From Macrostomum lignano (Eukaryota), in assembly GCA_002269645.1 (NCBI GenBank), contig NIVC01004218.1, forward strand, positions 1 through 54,408: a stretch of DNA of 54,408 bases, read 5' to 3'. The notes beneath the pieces were generated by a model. The model worked only from the letters and a program-made list of their open reading frames with translations. It had not been told where the DNA came from and searched no databases. Of the stretch, positions 11,201 through 24,387 are shown in pieces. The position numbers and the translations under genes were made by a program. Numbering within the stretch: position 1 is the stretch's first letter; the number at the start of each line of letters is the position of its first letter.

Positions 11201-13976
11201 GATACTATATAAATTTACTATATTATAAATAAAACCTCGGACACTAACCAGTCTTAAATCTCGGACACTAGCGAATCTAATCCTGGACACTAACTAATCA
11301 AAACCTCGGACACAAAAAGTGTGTGATTTCGGACACCAATCACCCAAAATATCGGACACTATGGAACGTGAAACCTCTGACACTAATGAATAAACAAGTC
11401 TCGGACACAAACGGATCTAAATCTCGGATACAAACGATTCTAAAATCTAGGACATAAACGGCTCTAAAATCTCGGACACTAACGGACCTGAAATCTCGCA
11501 CACTAACTGATCTGAAATCTCGGACACTAACGGATCTAAAACCTCGGACAAAAACGGATATAAGATCTTGGACACAAAAGGATCTAAGATCTCGGACACA
11601 AACGGATCTAAGATCTTGGATACAAAAGGATCTAAGATCTCGGACACAAACGGATCTAAAATCTCGGACACTGACGGACCTGAAATCTCGGACACTAACG
11701 GATCAAATCTGTGGTACAAAGGACACACATCAACAGAATCTTAATGTACATACCTGGCCAAAAGTCCGTACAACCGGCTCAGATCATCTCGCCGGACAGT
11801 CGGTACAATCAGAGGTCGAAGGCCCCGTTCAATAATAACTGGCAGGTGGGCAGTGAGCAGCTGCTGGAGAAGCACGGCGAATAACTGAGTCCGGCTGCAC
11901 TGGTTCAGGTAGTGGCTCAGCCGGTCGTTCTCTTCTGCTAGCCGAGTCTCAACTTGGCTCAGGTAGTCCGCCACCTCCAGGGCCGCAAGGCGCTGCTGGC
12001 CTTCGATTCTGCGTACGTCAGAGGGGGATTCGGCCAAATTTGTAACTCTCAGGTTGCAGTTTCTTAGATCCTATGTTGGGGATTCTCAGCTTCAGGGAAT
12101 GGAATTCTCAACTTCAGGGAATGGGATTCTCAGTTTCAGTGACTGGGATTCCCAGTTTCAGGGACTGGGATTCCCAGTTTCAGGGACTGGGATTCCTATT
12201 TTTATGGACTGGGATTCCCCCACCTTCATGGACTGGGATTCCCCCACCTTCATGGACTGGGATTCCCCCACCTTCAGGGACTGGGATTCTCAGCTTCAGG
12301 AACTGGGATTCCCCAACCTTCAGGGACTGGAATTCCCCAACCTTCATGGACTGGGATTCCAAGCTTTAAGGACCGGGATTCCCCCACCTTCATTGACTGG
12401 GATTCCCAGCCTCAGGGATTGGAATTCCCAGCTTCAGGGACTCGGGTTCCCCAGCTTCAGAGACTGGGATTCCCCCAGCTTCAGGGACTGGGATTCCCTC
12501 AGCTTCAGGGACTGGGATTCCCCCAGCTTCCGGGACTGGGATTCCCAACTTCAGGGACTGGGGTTCCCAGCTTCAGGGACTGGGATTCCCCCAACTTCAG
12601 AGACTGGGATTCCCCCAGCTTCAGGGACTGGGATTCCCTCAGCTTCAGGGACTGGGATTCCCCCAGCTTCCGGGACTGGGATTCCCAACTTCAGGGACTG
12701 GGATTCCCAACTTCAGGGACTGGGGTTCCCAGCTTCAGGGACTGGGATTCCCCCAACTTCAGGGACTGGGATTCCCCCAGCTTCAGGGACTGGGATTCCC
12801 CCAGCTTCAGGGACTGTGATTCCCCCAGCTTCCGGGACTAGGATTCCCAACTTCAGGGACTGGGGTTCCCAGCTTCACGGACTGGGATTTCCAGCTTCAG
12901 GGACTGGGGTTCCCAGCTTCAGGGACTGGAACTCCCAGCTTCAGGGACTGGGGCACAGAAGAGTCTCACCTGTACAGCCGCTCGGTGGCAGCCAGGAACT
13001 CGGGCTCGAACACGGTGCGATACTGGCCCAGATCGAATAGCATTCGAAGCAGGGTGCGCAGCAACTGCCGATCGACAGCATCGCCGCCTCGTTCCAGCTC
13101 GATAAGCTCCAACAGGCCGCCAATGCAGCGGCGTTGAACCTCGCGATTGTCCAGTATTCTTCTGCTGAATGTGTTCAAGCCCAGATCCCACAGGGAGCGC
13201 ATCTCAGGATTGAACAGTACGTGCTGCCGATCAAGGAATAAAAATATGCAGCGAATCATGAGGATCTGGCAACAGTAGTTGTCCCAGAAACTGGCCAGAG
13301 TGCGCAGGTAGCTCACTGTGTCCGGACTGTCCGTTAGGAATCTGGGGAGAGGCCGAGGGAATAACGGCATCATATTTAGTCAGAATATACAATATCACAG
13401 CTGAGAATCTTTCTCAAAATATTCTCACACCTGAGAATCTATTAGAATATTCTCATACCTGAGAATCTCCCAGAATATTCTCACACCTGAGAATCTGTCT
13501 TAGAATATTCTCTCACACCTGAGAATATGTCAGAATATTCTCACACATGAGAATCTCATAAAATTCCTTCGGATTCGAACCCCTTACCCACCTGAGACAA
13601 TTAATCTGCAAAAAAGCACTCACTTATGCAAATTAGATTGGACAAACTGATCAAAAACCATTTGCAAATCTTTACAAAGAGTATCGGCTAAGTAATGATT
13701 GCAAACAGTTTCAACAGCTTTGAGTAAATCTTCCAGAGTGTACTGCACACTGGTGCTCTGATACACAGCATCCACAGCCTCCTTGAGCTTGCTCCACTCG
13801 CTCGAATAATCAATAGTAGACGAGCCAACTAACGACAGATTTTTTATTGCTAATTTCCTTGAGGATGAACTGGGAGCGCTGGAATTGGCTACTGAACTGC
13901 TCGAGTCACCAGCGCTGGTGGGAGGCTTCTGCTGCTGCTGATGCAACATTGATCTGCTACCGCCGCTGTTTGACAT
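8284..13976 (-). CDS. CUL4: Cullin-4, 6 coding exons, ~763 aa
   Basis: Exons 13976-13624, 13341-12970, 12008-11754, 11001-10641, 10328-9888, 8793-8284 splice in frame with GT/AG ends (2292 nt). Cullin motifs [52 protein letters not shown], and neddylation domain [12 protein letters not shown]...[16 protein letters not shown]...YHYVA. Confidence 0.95.
9100..9770. repeat. 34/35-bp minisatellite, CUL4 intron 5
   Basis: AAGCCGTACTATGACTAATTAGATAGAGGCTCAT units, ~19 copies. Confidence 0.95.
10367..10616. repeat. 28-bp minisatellite, CUL4 intron 4
   Basis: AACTGAGGATCTGGGAGGCTGGCCCAGC units, ~9 copies. Confidence 0.93.
11110..11705. repeat. Degenerate ~24-bp minisatellite, CUL4 intron 3
   Basis: AAATCTCGGACACTAACGGATCTA-like units, most regular from 11400 on. 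Confidence 0.88.
12075..12952. repeat. 22-24-bp minisatellite, CUL4 intron 2
   Basis: CAGCTTCAGGGACTGGGATTCCCC units. Confidence 0.95.
13380..13560. repeat. Short ~25-bp palindromic repeat, CUL4 intron 1
   Basis: GAATATTCTCACACCTGAGAATCT-like units. Confidence 0.8.
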
Positions 13977-14067
13977 TGTGGTGGTGGCCAGGTTTGATCA
14001 CTGAATGCTGCTGTTGTGTACCGTGGGCTGCATGCAAAAAGAGGTTGGGTTTTTATGAGAGAGGCGA

Positions 14068-15105
14068 TGCTCTAGGGGGTCAGGAGGGCGACTCTCTAGG
14101 GGGTCAGGAGGGCGATTCTCTAAAGGGGGTCAGGAGGGCGATTCTCTAAAGGGGGTCAGGAGGGCGATTCTCTAGGGGGGTCAGGAGGGCGATTCTCAAA
14201 AGGGGGTCAGGAGGGCGATTCTCTAAAAGGGGGTCAGGAGGGCGATTCTCTAAAGGGGTCAGGAGGGCGATTCTCTAAAGAGGGTCAGAAGGGCGATTCT
14301 CTAAAGGGGTCAGGAGGGCGATTCTCTAAAGGGGGTCAGGAGAGCGATTCTCTAAAGGGGGTCAGGAGGGCGATTCTCTAAAGGGGGTCGGGAGGGCGAT
14401 TCTCTAGCGGGTCAGGAGGGCGATTCTCTAAAGGGGGTCAGGAGGGCGATTCTCTAGCGGGTCAGGAGGGCGATTCTCTAGCGGGTCAGGAGGGCGATTC
14501 TCTAAAGGGGGTCAGGAGGGCGATTCTCTAAAGGGGGTCAGGAGGGCGATTCTCTAGCGGGTCAGGAGAGCGATTCTCTCGCGGGTCAGGAGGGCGATTC
14601 TCTAAAGGGGGTCAGGAGGGCGATTCTCTAAAGGGGTCAGGAGGGCGATTCTCTAAAGGGGGTCAGGAGGGCGATTCTCTAAAGGGGTCAGGAGGGCGAT
14701 TCTCTAAACGGGGTTAGGAGGGCGATTCTCTAAAGGGGTCAGGAGGGCGATTCTCTAAAGGGGTCAGGAGGGCGATTCTCTAAAGGGGGTCAGGAGGGCG
14801 ATTCTCTAAAGGGGGTCGGGAGGGCGATTCTCAAAAGGGGGTCAGGAGGGCGATTCTCTAGCGGGTCAGGAGGGCGATTCTCTAAAGGGGTCAGAAGGGC
14901 GATTCTATAGGGGGGTCAGGAGGGCGATTCTCTAGCGGGTCAGGAGGGCGATTCTCTAAAGGGGGTCAGGAGGGCGGTTCTCTAGCGGGTCAGGAGGGCG
15001 ATTTTCTAAAGGGGGTCAGGAGGGCGATTCTCTAAAGGGGGTCAGGAGGGCGATTCTCTAAAGGGGGTCAGGAGGGCGATTCTCTAGGGGGGTCAGGAGG
15101 GAGAT
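14068..15105. repeat. ~26-bp minisatellite, ~40 copies, upstream of the CUL4 ATG
   Basis: AGGAGGGCGATTCTCTAAAGGGGGTC units. Confidence 0.96.
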
Positions 15106-15574
15106 TGTCTACAATCTTTTTTCAAGTAAAAATAAACAAATAAAATATTTAGAACGATTTCAACTAGAGATATTTCCAATGAATGAATGCACGGAGGCAT
15201 CGGTACTTATCGCATATCCAACCGATGCACAGGTAATTAAAGAATGACAATAACGCTCGTAAAATATTTGTATATTGTACTGTTAAAACTGATATATAGC
15301 GACAAACAATTCTAGAAATAAAAAATGCACGCTTTTTATACGTATTAACAAGTTGCAGCGAAAAGTACGGATGTCTATTACTCATAGCATTTACATTGAA
15401 CATGAATTAAGTGTAAGTGCATTCATTAAGCTGGTGCACTTCTATCCATGATTCTCTCATAATGAGAATTTAGGGATTCCCTAATGGAAACCTATGGAAT
15501 TTCTCAAACAGGAAGCTACAAAAAGAATTCCCTAACAGGGCACCTCCAGAATGAAAATTCCCCAACAGGAAATT

Positions 15575-16005
15575 ACGACTACAATTTGTCTACAATTGTC
15601 ACCAAGGGAATTCCCTAATGAGAAATCACCAAGGGAGATTGTCTACAATTGTCACCAAGGGAATTCCCTAATGAGAAATCACCAAGGGAGATTGTCTACA
15701 ATTGTCACCAAGGGAATTCCCTAATGAGAAATCACCAAGGGAGATTGTCTACAATTGTCACCAAGGGAATTCCCTAATGAGAAAACCAAGGGAGATTGTC
15801 TACAATTGTCACCAAGGGAATTCCCTAATGAGAAATCACCAACGGAATTCCCTAATCAGAAATCACCAACGGAATTCCCTAATCAGAAATCACCAAGGGA
15901 ATTCCCTAATGGGAAATCACCAAGGGAATTCCCTAATAGGAAATCACCAAGGGAATTCCCTAATTAAAAATCACCAAGGGAATTCCCTAACCTTCACCAA
16001 AGGAA
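15575..16005. repeat. 27/50-bp minisatellite with AGGGAATTCCCT palindrome
   Basis: CACCAAGGGAATTCCCTAATGAGAAAT units downstream of the TIMM22 stop. Confidence 0.92.
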
Positions 16006-16112
16006 TTCCAAAACATTTGAATCAGCAAGGCAATCAAGAAAATCACTGGGGAATTCCCCAATCGAACACTAAGCAATACAAATCAAACACAGCGCAGGCC
16101 ACACTACAGGCT

Positions 16113-17107
16113 CTACCTATGCTTCATATACCAGTCAATCGCCGTAGAGAAGGCGGCAAAACCGGCGGCCCCTGCGCCTGCGGCTTTCAAACCGGCGCGA
16201 AATCCCAGCACGCCGCCAACGATGGCGCCGGCGCCAGTGCCATTGAGCAAATCGTTTTTAGCGCGCACCACCTCTAGAGCGCATTCCGTGGAAGCGAACA
16301 TGATGCCTAGTACTGCGAAATTCTTGCCATAGGACACCATTCGGCTGCCCATTTCGCGTAGTACCTGCGCGTTATTTGTTAAATTAGGATCGTGAATAGG
16401 TACGATAGTGCGTGTAATTAAAGATCTAAAATCATTAAATTAAACAAGAACAGTATTAGATAATCATGAAATGAAGGGTTATATAGAATCAAAAAACAGT
16501 CATAAAGAATCAATAAGGATTATGAAAGGTCATGAAGGGTCATAAAGGATCATGAAAGGTCATGAATGGCCATAAAGGGTCATAAATGATCATGAAGGGT
16601 CATAATATGATCATAAAGGGTCATATAGGACTATAAAGGGCTATAAAATGATCAAAAAGGGTCATAAAGAATTATGAAGGGTCATAAAGGATCATTAGGA
16701 ATAAAAAATACAGCAGTTATCAGGCAACGCACCTGTCTAGTGCTGGGAGTCTCGGCGCCGGGCACCACAGTGGACATGGGATCAATGCTGGCAGTGAACA
16801 GGCCAAAGAAGGCGCCCAGAGCACCGCCGGCTACACAGGACAGACAGGCTTTGAAAGCGCAACTGTCCATCACTACGCGAACTCGACGCTCCTCGGGACT
16901 CAATGGCGGCATGTGGGGCGAAGTAAAGGAAGGCGGCAAGGCCAGCTGCGGCCGGAGCACCCTGGCAAAGAGGATTCGCTCCTTCTCAGCGTCGGTTTTA
17001 GCGTTGGCCAGCTGAGCTAGCAGGCCTGCGCTCTGCTGAATGTCCAGCAGGCGGTTCAACTGCTGCAGGAGCGGATCTTCGTCGGGATTGGCTGGCGACG
17101 TAGACAT
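16113..17107 (-). CDS. TIMM22: Mitochondrial import inner membrane translocase subunit Tim22, 2 exons, ~208 aa
   Basis: Exons 17107-16733 and 16364-16113 join in frame (STRQ|VLREM). Tim17/22/23-family motifs [66 protein letters not shown]. Confidence 0.93.
16500..16700. repeat. Degenerate ~20-bp repeat in the TIMM22 intron
   Basis: GGGTCATAAAGGATCATGAA-like units. Confidence 0.75.
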
Positions 17108-17922
17108 GGCCGCTGAAATCGGATAACAATGTGCTTTTCAACTACTATGGATTCTCTAGTAGTATATACGCAAACGGTTAAAATAATTATTAACATAGGT
17201 AAAAAGCCGGAGTAAATTATTACAGCATTTTATAACGCAATTACCTCGTCATCTAATTAGTTCTATAACGTAAACTATTGTATTTACTCGTACTTACTAC
17301 TTAATAGGTAGTAGTTTAGTAGTTAAGCTATTTCCTCTGTACTAAAAATGACTCCTCTACAATGTTATTTACTCAACATATCGGCAAGTTTTTTTCTTTT
17401 TTCTTACTGAATATAATAAGCTACTTAAAGTAGAGAAAAAGAAAATTGAAAAGTATTTTTTAATGCAGTTCTGTCAGAATGAACGCAATGTTTGCATTCA
17501 ATAGCTATTTTATTAATAGTAAAAGCATAGGCTGTGTTACTGCAATTCATTGTCACAGAACAGAATGAGAGTAAAGGCAAGAAAACCAACAAGCGATTTT
17601 TCTCTCCAACCCCAACTCAAAAAAAACTCAGACTTATTGCGCAATCAATATCTGCACAAATAATACTTGTAGAAGTAGCAAGTAAAGGACGAGAATTTTT
17701 TTAGCGAAAGCATTCTTAAGCTACAGAACTTAACAAGAAGTCAAGAAATAAAGCAACAGCATCAAATCACATGAAACATGAATTAGCATTGATTGACAAA
17801 TAAGGATTTTGCTCATCATTTTTGTTTAAAGTTTTCCATTTTTCAAACAGGTTTGCAAACACAATTTAGGATACGGCAGATACGTTGACTGACGGACAGA
17901 CAGGCAACAAAATGCCTGTCTT

Positions 17923-19658
17923 TCAAAGACGTTTCAAAGCTTTTTTAGACTTTTTAGCCGCAGGTCCTGCAGGCTGAGCCAGGGGTCGCTTGGCCAAGCC
18001 GGATGTGCCGGCTGCTGTGGAAGAGGCGGCAACTGAGGCAATGGCATTGTCGTTGGCGTCACGAAGTCTGCAGGATTTTCGAGTGAATTAAGAAATCAAA
18101 TGAGGATTCTGATACAAAATAGAAATGAGGATTCTGATCCCATATAGAAATGGGAATTCTGAACCCATATAGAATAGGGGATTCTGATCCCATATAAAAA
18201 TGGGGATTCTGATCCCATATAAAATGGGGATTCTGATCCCATATAAAAATGGGGATTCTGATCCCATATAGAAATGGGAATTCTGAACCCATATAGAATA
18301 GGGGATTCTGATCCCATATAAAAATGGGGATTCTGATCCCATATAGAAATGGGAATTCTGAACCCATATAGAATAGGGGATTCTGATCCCATATGGAAAT
18401 GGGGATTCTGAATTCTGATCTTAAATAAATAAGAATGGGATCAATTATCACTCATCCCCGATAGATCCAGGATAATAGGAATCAAAAAAAGACGAAACAA
18501 GAACGTTCAATTACACGGCATTGTCGCCGGCCTCCATCGGCTCGAACCCAGCGGCAACAGCGGGATTCTGCAAGGCATGAACCTCTGTGAACAGGCGCGC
18601 CCTGGAAAAGTACTCAGCGTAGTCTTCTAGCAGAAGCCGGCCAGCCTCCTGCGCGAAACAGGCAGAGAAAAATGGTTGAAATTCTAAATTCTAATGTTTG
18701 AGATTGCAGATTTATAGTACTTGCTATGAGTAGACACAGGGGTTATATTTTTTATTGCACACTGTTCATCGTTACTAAGATAATTCGTTAGATTCGTTGT
18801 GCGACAACTTTCTAAGACTTCACCGCACAAGAAAAATCTCACAGAGAAAAATCTCACAGTAGATCTCAGAAAATCTCACGCTACATCTCAGACGATCTCA
18901 CATTGGATCTTAGAAAATCTTACAGACGGCATTTCTCAGAAAATCTCACAGCATTTTAAAAAATCTCACACTGGATCCAAGAAAATCTCACAGTAGATCT
19001 CAGAAAATCTCACAGCATCTCGAAAAATCTCACACTGGTTCCAAGAAAAGCTCACAATAGATCTTAGACAATCTCACACTAGATCTTAGAAAATCTCACA
19101 GCAGATCTCACAAAATCTCACAGCAGATCTCACAAAATCTCACGGTAGATATAAGAAAATCTCACGCTAGATCTCAGAAAAATCTCACGGACGGTAGATC
19201 TCAGAAAATCTAGCAGTAAATCTTATAAAATATTTAAAAAGCCATCTAAGACAACGCAGTGAAGGATGGATCACCTGATTGAGTGCAGACTCGGCATTCG
19301 GCACAATAAGCAGACACTTAATAACCAGCAGCAGGTGTCGCAGACCAGTGTCCGGTGTCCAATCCCGTTTGATAGTATTCACACAGATCTCGCCAGACGG
19401 AGTGGCTATGTTCGGGTGAAAGATTTTAGTCAGAAAGTAGCCCTTCGGCGGTTCCTGCGGGAAGCTGTGCCCCATCACTAGGCGAATGTGGAACCTGCCG
19501 CCACAGTAAGGGGTGTCCACCGGGCCATCGATAACGGCGTGAATGTCAGTGAGCTTGGCATCGTCAAAGTGCACTCGGATACCTTCAGGCGGCTGCTGGA
19601 CAAGATCGCGAACCTCTTTGCTCAGGCGTTTCATCACGCTTGGCGAGCAGTTCTCCAT
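17923..19658 (-). CDS. UBE2S: Ubiquitin-conjugating enzyme E2 S, 3 exons, ~220 aa
   Basis: Exons 19658-19275, 18648-18515, 18067-17923 splice in frame. UBC core PKGYFLTKIFHPNI...GEICVNTIKRDW, PNAESALNQ|EAGRLLLEDY, and the basic C-terminal tail AAKKSKKALKRL* characteristic of UBE2S. Confidence 0.92.
18105..18420. repeat. ~24-bp minisatellite, UBE2S intron 2
   Basis: ATGGGGATTCTGATCCCATATAAAA units with an internal inverted repeat. Confidence 0.9.
18830..19230. repeat. Degenerate ~22-bp repeat, UBE2S intron 1
   Basis: AGATCTCAGAAAATCTCAC-like units. Confidence 0.85.
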
Positions 19659-21054
19659 TGTGACCTCCGGATGCCCCGTTTTGACCAGCTTTGTTGGAAA
19701 AAAAATGATTAATAATAAAATCTAATCTCGACTTGGACTGACGGGTGTGTGCTATCCACTGAAAGCAGTTTAGAAGTTCAGAAATTTATAAAGTCATGCA
19801 TTAATTTTTTTGTTTGTTTGGTCTTTGCGGCGTATTGTACATCACAAAATACATCAAATTTAATTTTGGAATCCTGAATTTGTACTCCAAATGCCAAATA
19901 CTAATATTATTTATATATTTAAGCATTAATTTGGACTAGCAATAACATTAGCTCTGGACGCGTTACAGGGTTGTTACTACCGGCCTTAAACAGACTGTTT
20001 CTGGACATTCCATTTCTGGGCGAATAGAAAATTCATGCTTATCGACTGAGAAGTGATGCACTAACGATTTTACAGTGACGCTAAAGCGCTTCTTCTGCGA
20101 CTTTTGGGCGACTTGTATGTGTCCATTAAACTGCAAAAGTTACCAGCAATTTTATATTTTTATTTCGCTTAAAAAATAAGTGCAAAGAGTGACGAGAGCG
20201 CTTTTTGCCGCGTGGCGGCAAAAATAGGCAGGCTGTTGCAGCCTCTTGCTCGCCAAACGCCGCTTTGTTTTCCTGTCCATCCTCATGGTTTAACCGCGAC
20301 ATCTTGTTGTTTTAGAGGCTTTTAGAATCTGGGGCGATACAAGTGACTCCAGGACGTTACTTGGCCTGGGTACCGTTTTTATCGGGCAATAAACACTCGT
20401 TTTTGTCTATTGAATTCTAATTGCTGCAATTGCACTATAATTGCACTTTCACTAGCCTACTGAGTTATTAGAAAGTTAAGCGCCAGCACAACGATTCTTG
20501 GACGACTTATTTGCGACTCTTACGCTTCTACAACTCAGGTGACGCGCTTGTGATGCAACAGTCACCTCTCCATCACATTTGACGCGTTTGAGTCGTTAAA
20601 AAGTCACAAGTCGCCCCAGACGCGCTAGAGTCACTAGAGAGTTGTTTGCAACGACTTTTTAGCGACTCTTGTCATGGTATCGTTTTCAATGGATTATGGA
20701 CAACATGCTTAGACTATATGGCTATCAGTTAGTCTATGTATACCTGCTTTACTATAGCAATAATAAGAAACCTAGCTTCACTTATAAACTATAGTTCATT
20801 TCATGCTTAGGCTTGTCCTGGAGGACAAGTGACCTAAAATTTTCTTGAACAGTTCTTTAATGTAAAAGTTGTGGCAAGATTTAAAATCTTAACTATGTTG
20901 TTAGTCATATATCTCTTTATGAAACTAAGGAAAACTAGAAGATATACAATTATATCAAAATCATACATTGTTATGCCAATTGATTTTATTTTTTTTTAAG
21001 ACCAGGCATACTAAAGAATTCTAGTGTTAGTCTAACAAAAAAAACTATGGCTTA

Positions 21055-21366
21055 CATACATAGCAAAATTTGGAGGTTGTGCATGTATGTATGCACATGT
21101 AAACTAAGGCCATGCAACTTAGTTTTAAGAAAAAATGTGACAGTTTTTTGGCCAAAAATGTGACTTACATGTAAAAGAAACCCTAAAGCAAACTTAATTC
21201 AACTTTGGGTAAATGGCAGGAGTAACTTTGACTGTCTTATTAAGGCAAAATGCCTCATTATCTACTTAGTGCTACTTGGGTATTTATTCAGGTGGGCATT
21301 TTTGCATCCTACCTTGGTTGGCTACCAAATTGGTCAGCTAGATTGGCCAACTGTTGCACATGTATG
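21055..21366. mobile_element. hAT-type MITE, copy A (aged, CpG-free)
   Basis: 8-bp direct repeat ATGGCTTA at 21047-21054 and 21367-21374; ends CATACAT...GTTGCACATGTATG; colinear homology with 24388-24685. Confidence 0.85.
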
Positions 21367-22439
21367 ATGGCTTATAAATATAGACTTTGCAAAAAATCAA
21401 ATTTAAAAATTTAATATCAAACTGCTTTATACTTTATGCATAAAAATTATAAAACATGCACTTTTAATATTCTAAATATATAGATCAAAGTTACAATAGT
21501 TTCTAATATTATATTAAAAGTATAATTGGATAATAAGTTAATAAGTAGTATATATACAACCTAAAATAAAACTACATATGACCTTTTTACTTTAAACCAA
21601 CTTTACATATTACATAGGCCTATATATAAAATTTTGAAAAAATTCTAATTTTCTTTACTTTTCCAATATGTTTGCTTTGTTGCCTTGGTTAAAAAACAAC
21701 AAGTTTTGAATAAGCAGAATTGTATACACTTTGAAAAAAATTAGATATACTACTAGCTATAGCTTAAAAAAATCTTCCATAGCCCATTAATGTATTTTGG
21801 CCACAACTAACTTTTATAGACCTTGTTATGGTTGTTGGCTATTTTGCTTTAAATATTTGATTAACTTTTATTTTGAAAAAAAAACTTTTATAATTTATAT
21901 TAGAAGACCTATACTATTGGTTGATAGTCATTTTTTCTGCTACCAGTTTGTCTGCCACTCTTGTTTGCAAAAACATACTAGTCATTCCTTTACACATTGA
22001 TATTGTTCAAAATCAATAATAAACTATGATCTGAAATTTGTCATACAGTGATACCTGACAACTAATATATTGTTATTCAAAATATCAGTTTATCTAAAAA
22101 TAATAATTCCTATAATTTTGTTTATATTTTTAATAACCCAGCTAGGCCCTATCTATTAACCATCCATTAATTACATAATAGATAAGTATTAAAGAAAACA
22201 TCATCTAATTAAAGAAACAATCATGCTGACTAGAAAAAGGTAAATATTAAAATTGTCTTCAATTGGATAATTAAATATTAGGCCTATATTATAGGTTCAA
22301 TTTTATTTAAATATTAATAGGCCTAACAAACAAAATAAATAACATATGTAAAAATAGTTAACTACTAGCAATCTAGCCCACTTGGGGAGAGCAAAAAGGA
22401 AAATGAAAATGTTGCTAAAATATTAAGAATAGACCCATG

Positions 22440-23400
22440 CTTCCAGTAGGCCTTGATATCTAAGTAATTCCCCCAGCTAAGCCTTGACATCTCAGCAATT
22501 CCTTAAGCTGCAAGCCTTGACATCTCAGGAATTCCCCCAGCTATAAGCCTTGATATCCCAGCAATTCCCCAGTAAGCCTGGCCATCCCAGAAATTCCCCA
22601 TAAGCCTTGACATCCTAGAAATTCCCCATAAGCCTAATACCTAATAAGCTAATTAGGTATTTAGGTATTTTCCATAATACCTAATCCCAGCAATTATCTA
22701 ATAAGCCTAGACATCTTAGCAATTCCCCAATAAGCCTTGACATTCCAGAAATTCCCCTAGCTGTAAGCCTTGATATCCCAGCAATTCCCTTAGCTATAAG
22801 CCTTGACATCCCAGCAATTCCTTCAGCTGTAAGCCTTGATATCCCAGCAATTCCCCAGTAAGCCTGGACATTCCAGAAATTCCCCATAAGCCTTGACATC
22901 CTAGAAATTCCCCATAAGCCTAGACATCTCAGCAATTCACCAATAAGCCTTGATATTCCAGAAATTCCCCTAGCTGTAAGCCTTGACATCCCAGCAATTC
23001 CCTAGTAAGCCTGGACATCCCAGCAATTCTCCATAAGCCTTGACATCCCAGCAATTCCCTAGTAAGCCTTGACATCCCAGCAATTCCCCATAAGCCTTGA
23101 CATCTCAGCAATTCCCTAATAAGCCTTAACATCCTAGCAATTCCCCCCAGCTATAAGCCTTGACATCCCAGCAATTCCCCCCAGCTATAAGCCTTGACAT
23201 CCCAGCAATTCCCCCCAGCTATAAGCCTTGACATCCCAGCAATTCCCCTAGCTGTAAGCCTTGATATCCCAGCAATTCCCTTAGCTATAAGCCTTTACAT
23301 CCCAGCAATTCCTTTAGCTATAAGCCTTGATATCCCAGCAATTCCCCCAGCTGTAAGCCTCGACAATAACATCTTAGCAGTTCTCCTAGTAAGTCTTGAC
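22440..23400. repeat. 26-30-bp minisatellite, ~30 copies
   Basis: AAGCCTTGACATCCCAGCAATTCCCC(CAGCT) units, almost CpG-free. Confidence 0.93.
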
Positions 23401-24387
23401 ATCTTATCAATTTCCCAACTAATTTTTTGTTTGACAAGATGCTTCGTTTATGCTAGAAATTATGCTTCCTATATGTTTAGCATGATGCTTTTTCACATCA
23501 CATGGTGGTCCTTTTTGTAAGCTTTAATCATGAAGCTTCAAAAATAATAACAAATTATTCTACTAAACTTCAAACCCAGTTTCTGCTTTAGCAGCTCTGT
23601 CTGTTTGCATCTAGGCTAGCTTTCATTGATATATATGCTTGCAAATGAATTGTAGCACTTACAATTCAACATTAACAGCACATTAGTTAGAGTAAAAGTC
23701 ATGACATAATGTATTTCTCAGTCAGTCAGTGTCAGTTACCATTAAAGTTAGCAATTCAATTATGCAATATCAATCAAGTCTTGTGCTATATGCTTCCACA
23801 CTGTGTACTCAGTACTCTAGACTGGTGCAATTCAATTCAGTGTCAAAATTCAGCCAATACACAGACAATAAATAAAAAGCCTAGTTTGATGTAATGCAAT
23901 CTATTTCAGAATCAGAATTCAACCAGTTAGTTTTTTTTCTAGCATTCCTACAATGCATTTTAGGTCGAAAGAGCTGCTTGACCTTTGCAAAAAAAGCATG
24001 TTTTTTGAATATTTAATCCCTTTAAAATTTAGCAATTTCTTAGCTACAAACCATGTACTGTCACAGAAAAATTTCTGATCAAATGGTGCAAGTTTGGTGG
24101 GAATTGGTTGAGCTATTATTATTGATTGCACAGACAGACAGATAGACAGAGACAGCTCAGATTTAGATTTAGAAGAATAAATAAATAATAATTAGAAAAA
24201 TAATATAATATAAATAATTATCAATAAATACAAATATAAATTATAGATAAAATAAATTTTTAGATGACATGTAAATCTTGTTATAAAAGATATGCAAGTT
24301 ATAATACTAATATACAGAGAGCTTGTGTCCATAGTAGCTACCCCTCTTAGAGGGGCCCTCCAATATTTAAATTGCATGCATGGTAGC

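Noticed and set aside
12054-13040. 328-aa ORF and overlapping ORFs
   Set aside because: Minisatellite in CUL4 intron 2, antisense to the gene.
13570-13585. GGATTCGAACCC (reverse B-box) as a tRNA gene
   Set aside because: No A-box or cloverleaf nearby.
20085-20700. GCGACTT-rich region with an 11-bp inverted match (GGGCGACTTGT / ACAAGTCGCCC)
   Set aside because: Too short, and no TSD or clear ends to call an element.
820-23400. CRISPR-like arrays
   Set aside because: All arrays are head-to-tail repeats without unique spacers, in a spliced eukaryotic context with no cas genes.
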